This document shows, piece by piece, positions 11,997 to 25,460 of a stretch of DNA of 64,000 nt. The notes beneath the pieces are model-generated. The model made no database searches. It worked only from the letters and a program-made list of their open reading frames with translations, and was not told where the DNA came from. How positions within the stretch are numbered: the first letter of the stretch is position 1; each line of letters starts with the position of its first letter. The position numbers and the translations under genes are program-made. Source of the DNA: Phoronis australis (taxonomy: Eukaryota; Animalia; Phoronida); NCBI GenBank assembly GCA_002633005.1, contig NMRA01001040.1:1419-65418 (forward strand), read 5' to 3'.

Positions 11997-14900
11997 TCAC
12001 ACACTTGTCAGGCGCTGCTTTTCAGAGGGAGGGTTCGACACAACAACAATATCTTTCTGTCCAAGTACCTGAACGTGAAATGTTCCGTCGCGTTTTTTCA
12101 GCAGCTCTTTTCTCGCTGTTCTGGCAAGTCGACAGCTGACGACTGAAGAGATGAGACAAACTAAGCACTCGGAGCCGGCTACGCTCAGGGCGACAATTAT
12201 TAACGTATCCATCTCTTCCTTTTTATAGGTCTGACCGTCTGTCGTGTGGTTGACAAGGCCGAGTCGAAGAAGTTGTATGCTAACTACTGCCGTAACCATG
12301 GAAACTATGGAGAACGCCGTGAAGCACAATATCTGGAAAGTGACAAGAGTAACCTTACTCAATGGAAAATGAAAAAAATCTAAAACCGATCTATTTTCTA
12401 TTTTGAGGAGTCAGCGTGCGACTTTCCAGGCTACCAACCCCGGGAGCTCTCCCATACACGGGGCTTGAGAAAGCTTATCGCTACTCAGGTGATTATTTTG
12501 GCCAAGCAGGAATCCTCTCATTAATTGGCTTTCACCTTCGTAACTTCGGTAGTGGGCGACGCTATTTACACGACTAGTCGGCCAAATAAGTCATTCTTTG
12601 CTTTTTAACCGACAGGTCGGCAACAAAGCTCACTGGTCAAGACGGTGGACTTTTTAGTTGGTTTCAAGAGAGCGAGGTCTACAGAAATTTTTGGAGTGGA
12701 GGTGTCAGGGCACGGAGTTGATAGTCCTGTCTGAGTCATATTGCCAACATAAAAAAGTTTGATGCGTAATTTGCCCTATCAGGTACTGTTTCAGATGTGA
12801 ATTGTGAATTTTGTCATTGCCGTGTCAATGATTTCTAAAAACGTCTTGGAAAGGATGAGGGCCTGAATCGGTATCCCCGCGAATATCAGGATTTCTTGTC
12901 GTTCTTATTTTGAGCCAACGTAAATGCATGATGCTAATTAACTTCAAGACTTGTATTGTTGAAACCGAAATGTAATGGTAATTGATATATTGTGTGAAGT
13001 TTGTCAGGTGAACAGCAAAAATCGGTTCATTTTGCCAGCAAGCTTGTTCCGTCACAGTTATTGGTCAACGACGGATCGCTGAATAGTTTGTCGGATGAAC
13101 AGCAAACACGACGTATTTGGCGACTAGGATAATAGTGACATTGTTCGGATGGCGTAGGATTGTCAGTATTGTCAGTATTGTCTTTGGCTTTGTGATGCGC
13201 TGTCGGCGGTCTTGGATAGTTGGGTAATCGAAGGAAGTGGGGACAAGGGGAATGGTGTCTCGACGATTGTATTGTATTGTATTGTCTCGAATAGGATTAT
13301 TTTGAATCATTTAGTATTGTCTCGGATACTCATTTTCTTGAATGTCGAAGTATCTTGTTGGATTTGGATTTTGAATGGCACCCCCTTGTCATTATTTAGA
13401 AAAGAGCTCCACGGGAGACCACTGTAGCTCCACGGGAGACCACTGTAGCTCCACGGGAGACCACTGTACATTATTCGAAATGATACTGTTATACAATCTC
13501 CAAAATTTGCGGTACTCATTGATATGAACAGCATTTTTATCAGTTGTTTAGGGGCAATTAAAACGTCTTTGAAAATATCAAAATTTTACCTATTTTAGAG
13601 CGTTTGATGGTAAAACTAACACTAACAACAGAGGTTCTGGACTTCCTTATTTGTATACTACTGTAATAATGGATGAGCAGAACCTATAGACACATTGTTT
13701 TACTTGTGCTAGCTATTATCTGTACAATATTATCATCAACATCACCATTATTATCGTAATCATTGTTATTAATATTGTCACTATAATTTCCATTTTAAGT
13801 GCTTATCCATTCACATGATCTAATCTGGTGATAATTATGAACTAAAAAGGTTGTTGCGTGAATAAACTAAGAATTATTATTTACACGCGAGAGCGATTGA
13901 TTGAAAACAACAGCTGCGGCCAAAGATATTATGCCGGTAGTTGCACAGTATACAGTATCTTTGCAGTGGCTGGAAAATTAGGATATCGGATATCAATTAA
14001 TACCGTGGACTTGAAAAAGGGAGCCTCTTTGTAGACAGTTTTCATCACGAACAAAGCCAGCCAGTTTTGTTTCATAAACCCCACTGGTTAATGCCATAAA
14101 CCGACCGAACTTTTTAGTAAGATTTTTTAGACATATGAACTCTTAACCTGAAACAGTACAAGAAGAGATGTGATATCGCCAAAATGAGTCATTTGCTCAC
14201 AAAACTTTAAAATACACTTCATTTGGAACACCCTGCTTAGATTTTTGCAGTTGGAAAAGAAGATCCCTTTTGCAGAGTTTCAAACTCCGAAGGCGCTTTT
14301 CTTCGTAAGGAATTTTGTCAGAAGATGCACCCTTTTGTAGGTGAAACTAGTCGCGAAAAAGTCACTCGTCTGAGAAGAACACGAGTACTCCCTGTATTCA
14401 GGATTCCATAGGATTGGCGCCAAGGTGAAAAAATGACTTTCTTTGCTTTATCGGACGGTAAGGACACAGTTATCAGAACTTGAGCGCAGTTCTTGTACTG
14501 TGTTTTCATTTCATATTCAGCGAGGTACAAGGTACTTACCATGTAAGCTGTTTTCCATTTGGAACACGCGAATCCCAAGACGCCAGTAATGATAAACTGA
14601 AAAGATAATCAAGAGCTCTGCAACCACTTATTCAGTTGATTTAATGAGAACACCAGCTTTCACATTTCTCGGTGGATGGTTTGCTCTGAATTCACTCTTA
14701 CAAACTTTTGAAGCAAGTCCTCAATAATACTACTTATTTATAGGATTATGTCTTTCTTATGTACCAAATGACTTGCGTTACATTAAACACACCAGCAAGT
14801 TTCCTTAGATCACTGTGGCCCGGGGTCTTATGTTATTTTTACTCGAAATTGAACACGAAATTATTTTTCACATTTTCCGTTTTACTTTTGTGGTAACTCA

Positions 14901-17900
14901 AGATAACTCACCTCCATTTCGTGGTAACTCAAGATAACTCACCTCCATTTCGTGGTAACTCAAGATAAGTCACCTCCATTTCGTGGTAACTCAAGATAAT
15001 TCACCTCCATTTCGTGGTAACTCAAGATAACTCACCTCCATTTCGTGGTAACTCAAGATAACTCACCTCCATTTCGTGGTAACTCAAGATAACTCACCTC
15101 CATTTCGTGGTAACTCAAGATAACTCACCTCCATTTCGTGGTAACTCAAGATAANGGTTTGATCTGAATTCACTCTTACAAACTTTTGAAGCAAGTCCTC
15201 AATAATACTACTTATTTATAGGATTATCTCATTCTTATATACTAAATGACTTGCGTTACATAAAATACACCAGCAAGTTTCCTTAGATCACTGTGGCCCG
15301 GGGTCTAATGTTATTTTTACTCGACATTGAACACGAAATTATTTTTCACATTTTCCGTTTTACTTTTGTGGTAATTCAAGATAACTCACCTCCATTTTGT
15401 GCTCGATTATTATATTATGCAGTTGATGAAGTCAGGATTAAAGATCTATTAAGTTCTAGTAGGGACTCTATCGCAAAATCTCGAGTTTGTAGCTCGAATC
15501 TAGGGATCACCAAGTGCAGTGAATTGAACTAGACAATTTTCTGGGCCGTAATAAATTGAAGCACACAAAAATGGACACTTATCCTGGGTTGTTACTAGAT
15601 TAGAACGGAAATGTAAAAAATCTCGAGTTTTGGATTTCGAGTACCGTGTCAAAAATCCAGCTCCGGGCCCAGGTTTGAAATGCTTCATTTGTGAAGAGTA
15701 AAATTCTGAATTGTAGCGATATTCAAACTGGAACGCTGCTGGAATTTTCAGATGGGCACGCACAGACCCTGGTAGGGCTTCAAAGACTGTTTATTTGTCT
15801 ACTTCGTGTAAACTGAGCAGACAATGGCACATTGAACGACCATGGCCCGTCCAATTGTAGCCTAACTCAGTCGTATGGGGGTGACACTGCATACGTTCTT
15901 TGACGAAGAGAATCACGATTACTGACAGAATTAATGTTTACATTCAAGTGGAAACCTCATCTTCATAACCACGTTATTGAATTGCTTGCCAAAAATAAAT
16001 TGAAGATACGACCATCTTTAGCTACGAGTGGACTTACGGACCGCCTACTATCATGATTTCCTCAATTGCCAGTTTTGCTGTTGCTATTGGTCATCGTTTA
16101 GCATGTGTTGGTTGCTGTTCTGTGAATCGTTAAACATTTTCCGTTATTTCTTTGTGAAGTTATTGATTCATATACGTTGAATATCGAATCTAAATCATCC
16201 GCAAATGGATAAGCAAAACGGATGAGTTAAGACACAAGTTACTTCCAACGTGATGGCATAGAAATTGATATCGCTTGTTTTTTGTACCCTGCCTTCACGG
16301 ACAGAACAAGAAAATACGATAGATGGTAACAGCCATGATGCCAGTTCATATCATGATTTGTTAAAACATGTTTTCCAACAGAAATTCGATTAATGAAGGA
16401 TTGCATGCTGCAAACAAGAATAGGAAATTCAAATAGACCAACTTTTGTTAAAGTAATGACACGTTAACTTATGATGTAATCCGTAACTATGGAAACCCTA
16501 ATGAGGTTTTCAGATTGTTTCCTCGCCATTATTGACATGGAGGCGTTAAAATGTCCAGGGCGTAATTGCGCACTTTCTCCCCATTGATGTTCTGCTTTTT
16601 CGTTCTAGTTTCAACAATAGTGTGTTAATTTCACTGCTTTCTATTGTTGACGGTTTTACGGACCTAATTAAAACAGAAAAATTGTCGATTTCTAAACCGT
16701 GAAGTCTTATCTGATGGCAGGAAGAGATTCTGACGGTTTGTTAAGAAGCATTTCTAGGGGTAATGGAAAAATGAGCAAGTAGACTAGGCGTCCTAAGACG
16801 GATTTGGAATCTTTATGAAAAACGTTGGGAGAACCGACTACATTTTATTCTACGTACCGTCTTCAAACACATTCTAGAACTGTACAACTGCAAAAGGCGA
16901 GTCCAGGATTTTCAAAAAGGGTTTTTTTAAAAAGAAGGGTTCAAGTCAAAATTCGAAAATTATAGATTTGATATAGCTAAAATCGAGGGAAAAACGGGTA
17001 CTGGGCCCCCTTAACCCCCTGGATCCACCAATGAACTGTATGGCTAGCATTGAAATACTAGAGAACTTGGATAGTACATCCAGTATAGAACACAATGAAA
17101 ACAAGTAACTATTGATGGTCCTCCGTTCAACATATGCAGTGGTTCGCACACTTCTAGCAGTCGTTATTGATAGTGAAATGATTGTTGAAAGGACCTGTCG
17201 CGAGACTTACCACAGTAGCTGATGTGATGAGTTTTCCAACACTGGGAATAATCAACATGTCATGTCTAAACATCATTTTCAACTCTCGTCTTGCTTTTGA
17301 TGTGTTTATCTTACAAACACATGTTGTGCACATTACCAACCATAAGGCGTATGAAGCGCCGAAGGGTTCCAAGTTAGAAAAATTTATTCTACATGTAGAA
17401 TCGGCTATTCTACGCAACGAAATGACCTTTCGACGTAGAATTATGATTTTACGCTAAGTCTGCTGATTATATTCTCTCCAATGATGCAGAAAGGCTCCCC
17501 CAGACTCCAAGAATTACTAATTAGACCGACAGATCCAATGGGTTTGTTGTCAATGCGCCGTGCGCTGTAGGAGAACATTTCGTGAGTACTTTCACTTGGC
17601 AATTTACTTTGTTCTCGAATCACTAAATAAAGTGCTTCTAATTCATTATTTAAGAAGTTCCCACCCCCACGTCTTTTAAGTTGTACATTTTTCTGCAAAT
17701 TTTTATATGAACTAAACTGTCACAAATGTTGATCAACAGAGGGCGCTTTTAATAATAGCACTAGCCAATTACAAATTGAGGAATCCTATCCGCGGTAGAT
17801 GCAGATTAGGGATTTAGTTCAAGTTACAAAAAAATGATGAAAAGGCAGATCCTAAAATGTGATTGCATGTATAATATATGTCAGAGTATTTTTGCAGTGA

Positions 17901-20076
17901 GTCCAGCCCGGAGTGGGAAAAAATAATCAATTTGCTGACAATTTTATCCTAAAGTTACGAAATTTTGTTTTTGTTGTTTATTTGAAAAAAAAAATGATTT
18001 CCCAGTGAAAGGTTATCATTTGAGAATAAGTCATAATCATGGACACACAATCTTCTTGACTGGCATGAATTCTGAGTTCATCTCTGTTTGTTGGATATTT
18101 TCAGGGAATCATATTTGGCCAAAGAGCAATGCCAAGCAGGTTGAAAGCAATCTTAGGCCTGTGTGGTGTTTTATCTCTGAAACTAAACTTTTACCACATC
18201 ACCAACAGGTCCTTCCCACTCAGTCACGGAGCTCCAGTTTTCTAGTATCGTTTATCAGTAGGCCCTACATCAATTCCTAGCTATTTACGTCGACCACCGT
18301 CCCAGTGTAATATGTCAACAAGACAGCATTAGTAACAGTAAAAATATGAATCACGTTCACGCGTTCATTAGAAGAACCAGTGTCGTATTTACAAAAAGAC
18401 CAACCAACACGTTCTCGGAATCCGTGCCACCTAACGCGCTAGCAACTGAAGTCCCACATTCTCATTTAGGCTACGAACCCGTTGGTGCTTCGTTTCGCGC
18501 ATAAACACGAATGTGGGCCTGGATCAACGTTCTAACAACTGACAAGCTTGGACTTACCATAACATAGGGCTAATATTCGACTTGAACGGAAATAGAAGTA
18601 CTTCATTTTACGGTGTTTCTAACCATAGATATAGAGATCTACATATGTATTTGTATTACTAAGTGTATAGTAACGAAAATAATACACATGTTTTCAAAAG
18701 CTTTTTTCTTACCTCCTGTAAAACTAGCGGTTTTTTAAACGGAAATACTGGAATTTTGTAGCAAATTTTGCCCCAAGTCGATAACCTACTGCGCGAGTCC
18801 CCATTTTGTGAAATAATGACTGTTAGTGATGCACTTGCTCAGCCGTAGAAAATCGATAGCGCCGATCAATATAAGCCATAATGCCGACTTTATTCCTTGT
18901 AGATTGTCGCCAGATTTGATATATTCATTTCGCTGTGAGATAAACAAAACCAATTTGCGATCAGTCACGATAGGCCTACTAGATTAATTTGGATTAACAA
19001 CCAAAGTTTTTTGTGCGTCCATTTCTCTAAACTCTCGTTCGTCCTCGTGAATTGAGTGTTCTGTTGTTGTAACTTGTCAGTGCAGGAGATTCAAAAATGA
19101 CTGCTAATGTTCACTATACCATAGCGTTGGTTTGAAGAATTACCAAACCCCGTATACATGACATTTACCAAGTCGAGGCGAAGGCCATTCGCTTACTCGG
19201 AAATCTATCTTTAGTTCTTGAGGAAATAATGCATTTAAGTATGTTAACAAATGGGGCGTTCTGAGGGGATTTAACGACCTTCTCATCAGTACTGTCAGTT
19301 CATGTAATTAGGAATAACACGGCGGCGGGGCTGATTCATGACACTCCGGAACGAAAAGCGGGTCGCAGATTGTGCCAGAATGACTGAAAAAGCACCAATG
19401 TTGTTTTTCTTGTGCATAAATGATATTTATATGTATTTAAATTTGAAACAAAAAATGACACTTTACAAATGAAGTGAGTATTAGCTGGATGTTACTGGCA
19501 GATCCCGGATTCAGTCAGTGGAACGACCACCCCTCACAAAGCCAGTTACCAATAAAAGAGCGATGGTTGAAAGAATTGTTGATTACGCTAGACAATTTAA
19601 TGCATAGTACAGCAAAAAAGAAGTAATTTGTCTCGTTTTTATGTTGCCCTACACCAAGACGCAATTGAAATTCTTGACTGAATCACTTGACATTTCATCT
19701 AAATGAGATTCTTTTATAACACTGCACCACTTTGAGCAATGTAAACCTGCATGCATGCACCCTTACTTTGTGGCAGTTTTTTTTCCTGCGTAATCAGAGA
19801 AAGTCATACTTGGAATATGAGGGCATGTTATTCTACACTGTAGCGTATATACGTGCCCCATGGTGAGAATCTGTATGTTATGATCGACAATGTTTGAATC
19901 ATCCACATTTAAAATTCAAGATTACTTACGAATCCGCCGCTCCATATAGGGGACACGCTGTGAGCCATCCACACTTCCGCTTGAATACTGGCTGCCACTC
20001 CAATACACACGCTCATAACACCCAGTAGACAATGAAAGCAGGCTAAAACAATCGCAGCGACGAGAATTGCCCACAT
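11997..20076 (-). CDS. TMEM196: TMEM196-like (CD20/MS4A-like) four-TM protein, 179 aa; exons 20076-19930, 14596-14540, 12332-11997
   Basis: MWAILVAAIVLACFHCLLGVMSVCIGVAASIQAEVWMAHSVSPIWSGGF-FIITGVLGFACSKWKTAYM-ILCFTAFSIVSMVTAVVSIQLLR...LISSVVSCRLARTARKELL; SP(I/V)WSG and SCRLA motifs as in TMEM196; phase-0 GT-AG introns. Confidence 0.82.
13403..13468. repeat. 21-bp tandem repeat x3 (AGCTCCACGGGAGACCACTGT)
   Basis: Three exact copies. Confidence 0.9.
14890..15154. repeat. 31-bp minisatellite x~8.5 (GTGGTAACTCAAGATAACTCACCTCCATTTC), ends at N 15155
   Basis: Near-identical tandem units. Confidence 0.92.
16895..17032. mobile_element. Short degenerate MITE of the GGCGGATCCAGG...CCTGGATCCGCC type
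   Basis: AGGCGAGTCCAGGATTTT ... CCCCCTGGATCCACCAATG. Confidence 0.4.
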
Positions 20077-21846
20077 ACTTAATAAATCTCCAATTCAACA
20101 CCACTGTCCTATATAATGCCTCTCAAAGTCTCCGTCAACTATCCTCAAAACCAGTTCTCGCATAGCATGCTTTAACTATCGTCCCTCATGAGTGGTAGGA
20201 AATGCTCTAATATAAACACTAGACGCCGTGAGCTACTGAACTCCAGGCTAACTCAGCGCCGATGTTGCTGAGCTAATGATGTTTTCCACGGCTGCAAGTC
20301 TGATTGATATCAGCTGACTGACGTCTTATTATTTCTCACTGACTCGGAGTTGCACAGCCGCGGACACACAACTGATGTTCACACAGACTGCAATACCACA
20401 TGTAAAGTGCGAGGTCGCTGTAAAAGGTTTCTCGATTGGTTAGATTTGCATAACCCACTCATTGTGGCAACTATAGTGAATTCTTGTTAAAAACGCCACG
20501 TAATGTCTTCAGGACTTTGCGTGACAGCGAGCTTCTGTTGTGTACATCTCTCATCTCTCAGTTGGTCAGTCAGTATGTCGAAAATATCAAGTTGTCAATA
20601 ACTCGCACAGTCATCAGCAGTATTTACTGCTTCGGTCGTTTTCAATGGATTTAGTTAATGAGAGTATTAACCTAGTCGATGGCATCATTAATTATCCATA
20701 CATTTTTCAATCGTTGATCGATACTACAACATTACGTGTATTTTTATTCAAATACCTTTAGTAGCCATATTCTTTAAACCAGCAAGCTCAATCATGATAA
20801 AATTCTTTCAAGACTTATATATTTTGTATCGTTGCCATGGTGACTGTTAAAAATCGATTGCGAATGAATACTGTTTAGCTCAACTTAATTTAAATCACTT
20901 AGAAGGCTATAGTAACTGTACTCGGGCAAAAAGCGGCTTACATAATTCAATACATGGAAAATATTATAAAAGCGTAGGCAGCGCTGACAAAAGAACAACG
21001 GACGGGTACTTTAGGCGGTGTCATTGCAAATAAGTTTCCCTAGTAAATAAGTCTCTGACGCGGCACACCTTTATCGAAATCAATGCCTTGCTATTAAATG
21101 TTTGTTGTTTTTTTTTCTAAACTTTAGTTGATTAACATTGTAGTGTTTTTCTTTCTTTTCGAAGGTTCTTGAGTGGTATATATTACCAGGATAATCTTGG
21201 TCAGACCACGGTGGTCACAGAACTGGATACTCACTAGGCATATATCTTTTAAAGTTGCATTGGTCAACTGGATAAAATAACAAAAATAGGATTGCATCTT
21301 TTAGGCTCATAAAACCGCGGTCTCATAATATTCTTTACAGTGATAGAATTTTATTTCCTTTGCCAACAAGAATATCGACACCCTCAGCAACTCAAGAGAG
21401 TTAATTACTGGGGTTAGCCAACTCTGAAGTTGTGAATTTGAAAATAGCTCATGTTCCCCTTTGCCTGTGACTTAGGTTGTCATCTCATTCGGCAACAATC
21501 CAAAAAAGGGGGAGCGTGGTTAGTTTTTGAACTCGCTTTCCGAGTTCTTTCCGAAATCATCTCCAGTTTGACTAAGGAACAAATTAAGACCAGGTTTTGA
21601 TGGAAAGCGGACTAAATCAAACTTTGTGACGGAAGGCAAGTTTGTAGCCGCTTAACAAACATATAGGATTTAAACAAAGGGTTACGTAGGGGTACTGAAG
21701 AAACCCTTGGTTCGCGAGAGCTGAGACTTTTCATGGAACTTGTATGGGTTACACATTTCAGCAGACTCAAGGATCGAGCAAGAGTTGATGTAGCTCAGTC
21801 ATTGTTGTTGTACATGTCGTGGTTGTCGTTGTTGCTGGTGATTGTG

Positions 21847-21916
21847 CATGGGCGGCGCACCATAGGGGCCTGAGGGGGCTTTAGCCCCCACTTTTTTCAT
21901 TGCTGTGCCGCCCATG
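21847..21916. mobile_element. 70-bp miniature inverted-repeat element
   Basis: Perfect 10-bp TIR CATGGGCGGC / GCCGCCCATG with internal GGGGGCT/AGCCCCC. Confidence 0.55.
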
Positions 21917-22168
21917 TCGTGTCATTATTTTTGTAGACGGAGGAATGTACTCAGTATCTTGTCATTTTTCAAACGTTCAGTGTTTTTGGGGCATAAAATT
22001 CGGATCCGTCTCAGTCAACGCGGTTGTCTGAAATAGGTTATCTCTGATCTCCGCACGAAAACCCGACCGAGTTCCGTAAAGAAACTTGCACGAAGGTAAC
22101 ATCACGCAAAACTGAAACCACGAGATATCACAAACAGATCTTGCCAGTGTCTTGGGTCTGCTATGGAA

Positions 22169-22413
22169 CTCTTTTTTCGATTTCCTCGAGAGCACACAAT
22201 GCTTCGGAAGTGGTTCGCGGTAGTGAAGAATGAAAAGTACGCCGTAATACCAATCAAGTTTGAGGCCGTGAAACTGCTCCGGTGTCTGTGGCCGGCATTT
22301 CGTCTACAGTGATTTCACTGACGATCGAATGCCGGGTTACCAAACTGCTCATGTCAGGGCAGAAAAAGAGACTGAGGATGAAGTCAGATATTGTGCCTAG
22401 TGTGTTTGCGTTC
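22169..22413 (+). pseudogene. Degenerate THAP domain (transposase N-terminus fossil)
   Basis: LFFRFPREHTMLRKWFAVV, VCGRHFVYSDF and RLRMKSDIVPSVF in three different frames: THAP FP..W, CxxHF and AVP(T/S)IF-box motifs in correct order with two frameshifts. Confidence 0.7.
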
Positions 22414-22649
22414 GGTAGGTAGGGGACAAAACAACGCAGACCGGTTGTTGCTCAGTTTTTGATTATGGAGAATTGTAGCTGGCCATGGGAACATAAACAA
22501 TTACAGTTAATTCAAGGCATGATAACATAACATTTTTATAACCTGTTTGATGACTTACTCGTTCGTCAGGCTTCTGTTTGAACCTCTGGGTGTAGGATGT
22601 TTTCGCCAGTTCCTTTTCCCTGTCCCAAAAACGTCGTAAGCAGACTTCT

Positions 22650-22811
22650 GTTTAGATGCGATGCAAAATCAGGATGGTTCGTGAGCCATATCTATGCTTC
22701 TCCAAGAAGGCGTTTCACTTGCGGAATTTCGTGGCAACAAACGCAAGAGTCAGTTATTTTCATTTTCGTGCAGTTAGCATACTGACACCATGACAAATCA
22801 TTCAAACGGTT
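22650..22811 (-). pseudogene. Degenerate P2X7 C-terminal ballast-like (Cys-rich, KolX-like) domain
   Basis: NRLNDLSWCQYANCTKMKITDSCVCCHEIPQVKRLLGEA*IWLTNHPDFASHLN fits WCxCxNCxxM...CxCCxE...(C)ITxHPxF, with one in-frame stop. Confidence 0.65.
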
Positions 22812-24349
22812 TTCGGAACTATCCATTTGTTCCGTTGTCTATGCACGTTCACGACGCCTCTCTTGTATTTCTTGATCTTCTATCGAATATTGATAGCTTG
22901 TGAAACCTAACGATCGACCTATGAAGTCTTTGTCGTATGAGCACTCGTCTAAGTCGGGATTGCGAGTTGCCACGGTTGACGTTTATTATTGTGCGTTCTG
23001 TTTCAAAAATGAATTATTCTCACCCTCACCAATGCTGAAACAAAAATGCAATAAACTATTGACAGGGCACATTCATACCGTGAATAATACGCTTACAAGG
23101 AAGTCATGCATTTCTAAAGATATGCGGGAATTTTCACCGCTCGTCCGTCTGAGCGGCTTGTACCGTGATAAAAGAGAGTGCGACGCCGGAATCAGGTACA
23201 GTTGTGATGACCGCATTGCCCGATGCTAGCAAGACCCAATTAAATATAATTATCCGACCATAAACTGTATTAAACATCTCTGACTGTACATAATGGCGAA
23301 TTTTCAAAATACATTAACTACTTATTTTCTTTATAAACGGACACCACGACGGTATTCAGCTGGAAAAAAAACAACCAAGTACGGTTTTCGATTTTTAAAA
23401 TCGATAAACTAATAATCTAAAAACTACAACCATTGGGTACGATTGAAGATAAACTACCGCGCTTATTGATATACTCGGTGGATATACAAACGCTGATCAG
23501 AGTTTTAACAATATCACATGGATTCATTTTTTAATATTCTTTCAATCTCGTTTAACCAGATTTTTGACCAGGATACAGTCGTTGTGCCCTCTTTTCATTT
23601 TTTATTACTGACAAAGAGTTAGAATAATTATATATATAGTCAGTGCCACCGAAACTGTCCAGAGATTCCAAATCTTCAGTTTGGTTATCACCATATTTGC
23701 ACTTTTGTATATATTTTATGATTTGATTTCTAATAAAGATTAAACTTTAATGACACGTGAAATGTTTAGTGTACCTGTAATGTGATAAGTTTAGGGATGG
23801 GCTCAGAATGATCTTAACTAATTGAGTTTAGCTGGCGATCAAAATCTACCACTGTTTTGGTACTTCAAGTTCAAAACTTAGATAAAAAGTTATCAACCCG
23901 GTTCCGGTAAGAAAAAAAATAGCAAGTGGGCAGAAGCATTAAAAATTAAATAAAGTAAACCAATATGAAACTCATCGTTCCTTTAGGAAGTGGCCCTTTG
24001 AGAAGATAAACACAAGTTTACCTTTTTAGTTATTTTGCAATATTTATAATGTACCAAGTTAAGACTACTCTCCAGAGTTGCAGGCTAGAACTGCAAACGT
24101 CAGAGAAAACCAAATTGGGGGTACTAACAATAACCATTGTTGAGACAGTAATGCTAGCAATTACCTTTCCACATCATTAGCCCAGATCTACACCAATACA
24201 AAGGGCGTGCTGAATAGGCATCCTAAAAGTGAGCTGGGGCTTAGGGAATCAGAGCGATCACCAGCGTTGGCGAGAAATTCATTTATTATTTCACAGGTTA
24301 AAAATATGTTTTAATTCTAAAAACGATAATGATCAAGAGTGATAACATG

Positions 24350-25460
24350 TTATAGAGATATGGTGTACAAATGAAGTAATGTATCAATTAAGAACTAAAT
24401 TGTGACAGCTTAAGCAACAAGTGATTCCACTAAGAAGAAGAAATTTAGAAACGTTTTCGACTTCCAACAAATTATTCTGAATAAATTCACACTCCCAAAA
24501 ACATGGCAAAAATTCTCGTGATCTTTTCCACAGAATCTTCAGAGTGGTGAATTAACTATTCTTAGGAACAATTGTGATTAAGAATTCTGTGAGTAAGTCT
24601 TATTTGGAACCATTTAAGATTCGTGTCTTTAGTGAACGAAGAATTTAATCTATGGACCACTTCTCACTTACTTTGGAATTTAGATTTTTTGTATATTGAG
24701 CAAGTAAAAAGTATACACATTGTTTTCGTTAACATGTGTGTTAAGTAAAGTGGTAATAAACACTGGGCAGTGAGGAAGAATTCTTCTTCTTCTTCTTCAG
24801 CGTTCCCAATGAAGAATGATTTTGGACGAATCCTTGCACAACACATCGCACGCGCATGAATACAGTGGAAGGTGGAGAAAATCCATAATAATTACAAAAG
24901 TCTTCGTTAGAAATCAAATTACCATTAAAATCTAATAAATCGTAAATACAATGCCCTTGCCATGCCAACCTTTATAAAATATGTACTTCAAGTGAGATTT
25001 TGGGATTAAACCAAATTGGCTCGTAGGGACTCATTGCCTTGTTAAACGTGAAAATGCCAATGGCATTCAGTTCTCCATCATTTCGGAAAACTTAGTCTCC
25101 CCAAAAGTGATTCTCAACCGAAGCAGCAAGAGAACGACAATAGGCCTTACAAAAATGAAACACGTGCGACCAATTATTAGTGATCTGTAGAAATTAAATT
25201 TTTCTTCCAGTCCCTCTCATCACTAAGTATCAATATTCTGAACCACGCACTTTAAGGGATTTGATGAATGACTTCAGATGAACCATTTTGCACCCTCCCA
25301 GAGACTTATTCAGAGTAAGCGTTGGTAATATCGGGGTATGGTTCAAATGTCTAGAAAAGCTCTTAAGGGTTATTCGTTTATTGTAGAATCAAAGAAGATA
25401 AGAACAAATGACTGCAAGTTTTCACAGCCACAAATGGTGTAGCGTCCTCAAACTTGTGTC
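24350..25460 (-). mobile_element. Decayed L1/Tx1-type non-LTR retrotransposon ORF2 C-terminal fragments
   Basis: Frame-broken peptides GGCKMVHLKSFIKSLKV, WHGKGI / IYDLLDFNGNLISNEDFCNYYG and TICGCENLQSFVLIFFD resemble Tx1 post-RT motifs; boundaries approximate. Confidence 0.6.

Noticed and set aside
14890-15154. Regular ~31-bp repeats resembling a CRISPR array (also 1931-2618, 48660-48917, 63376-63627)
   Set aside because: Units are head-to-tail with no unique spacers, no cas genes, and the context is eukaryotic.
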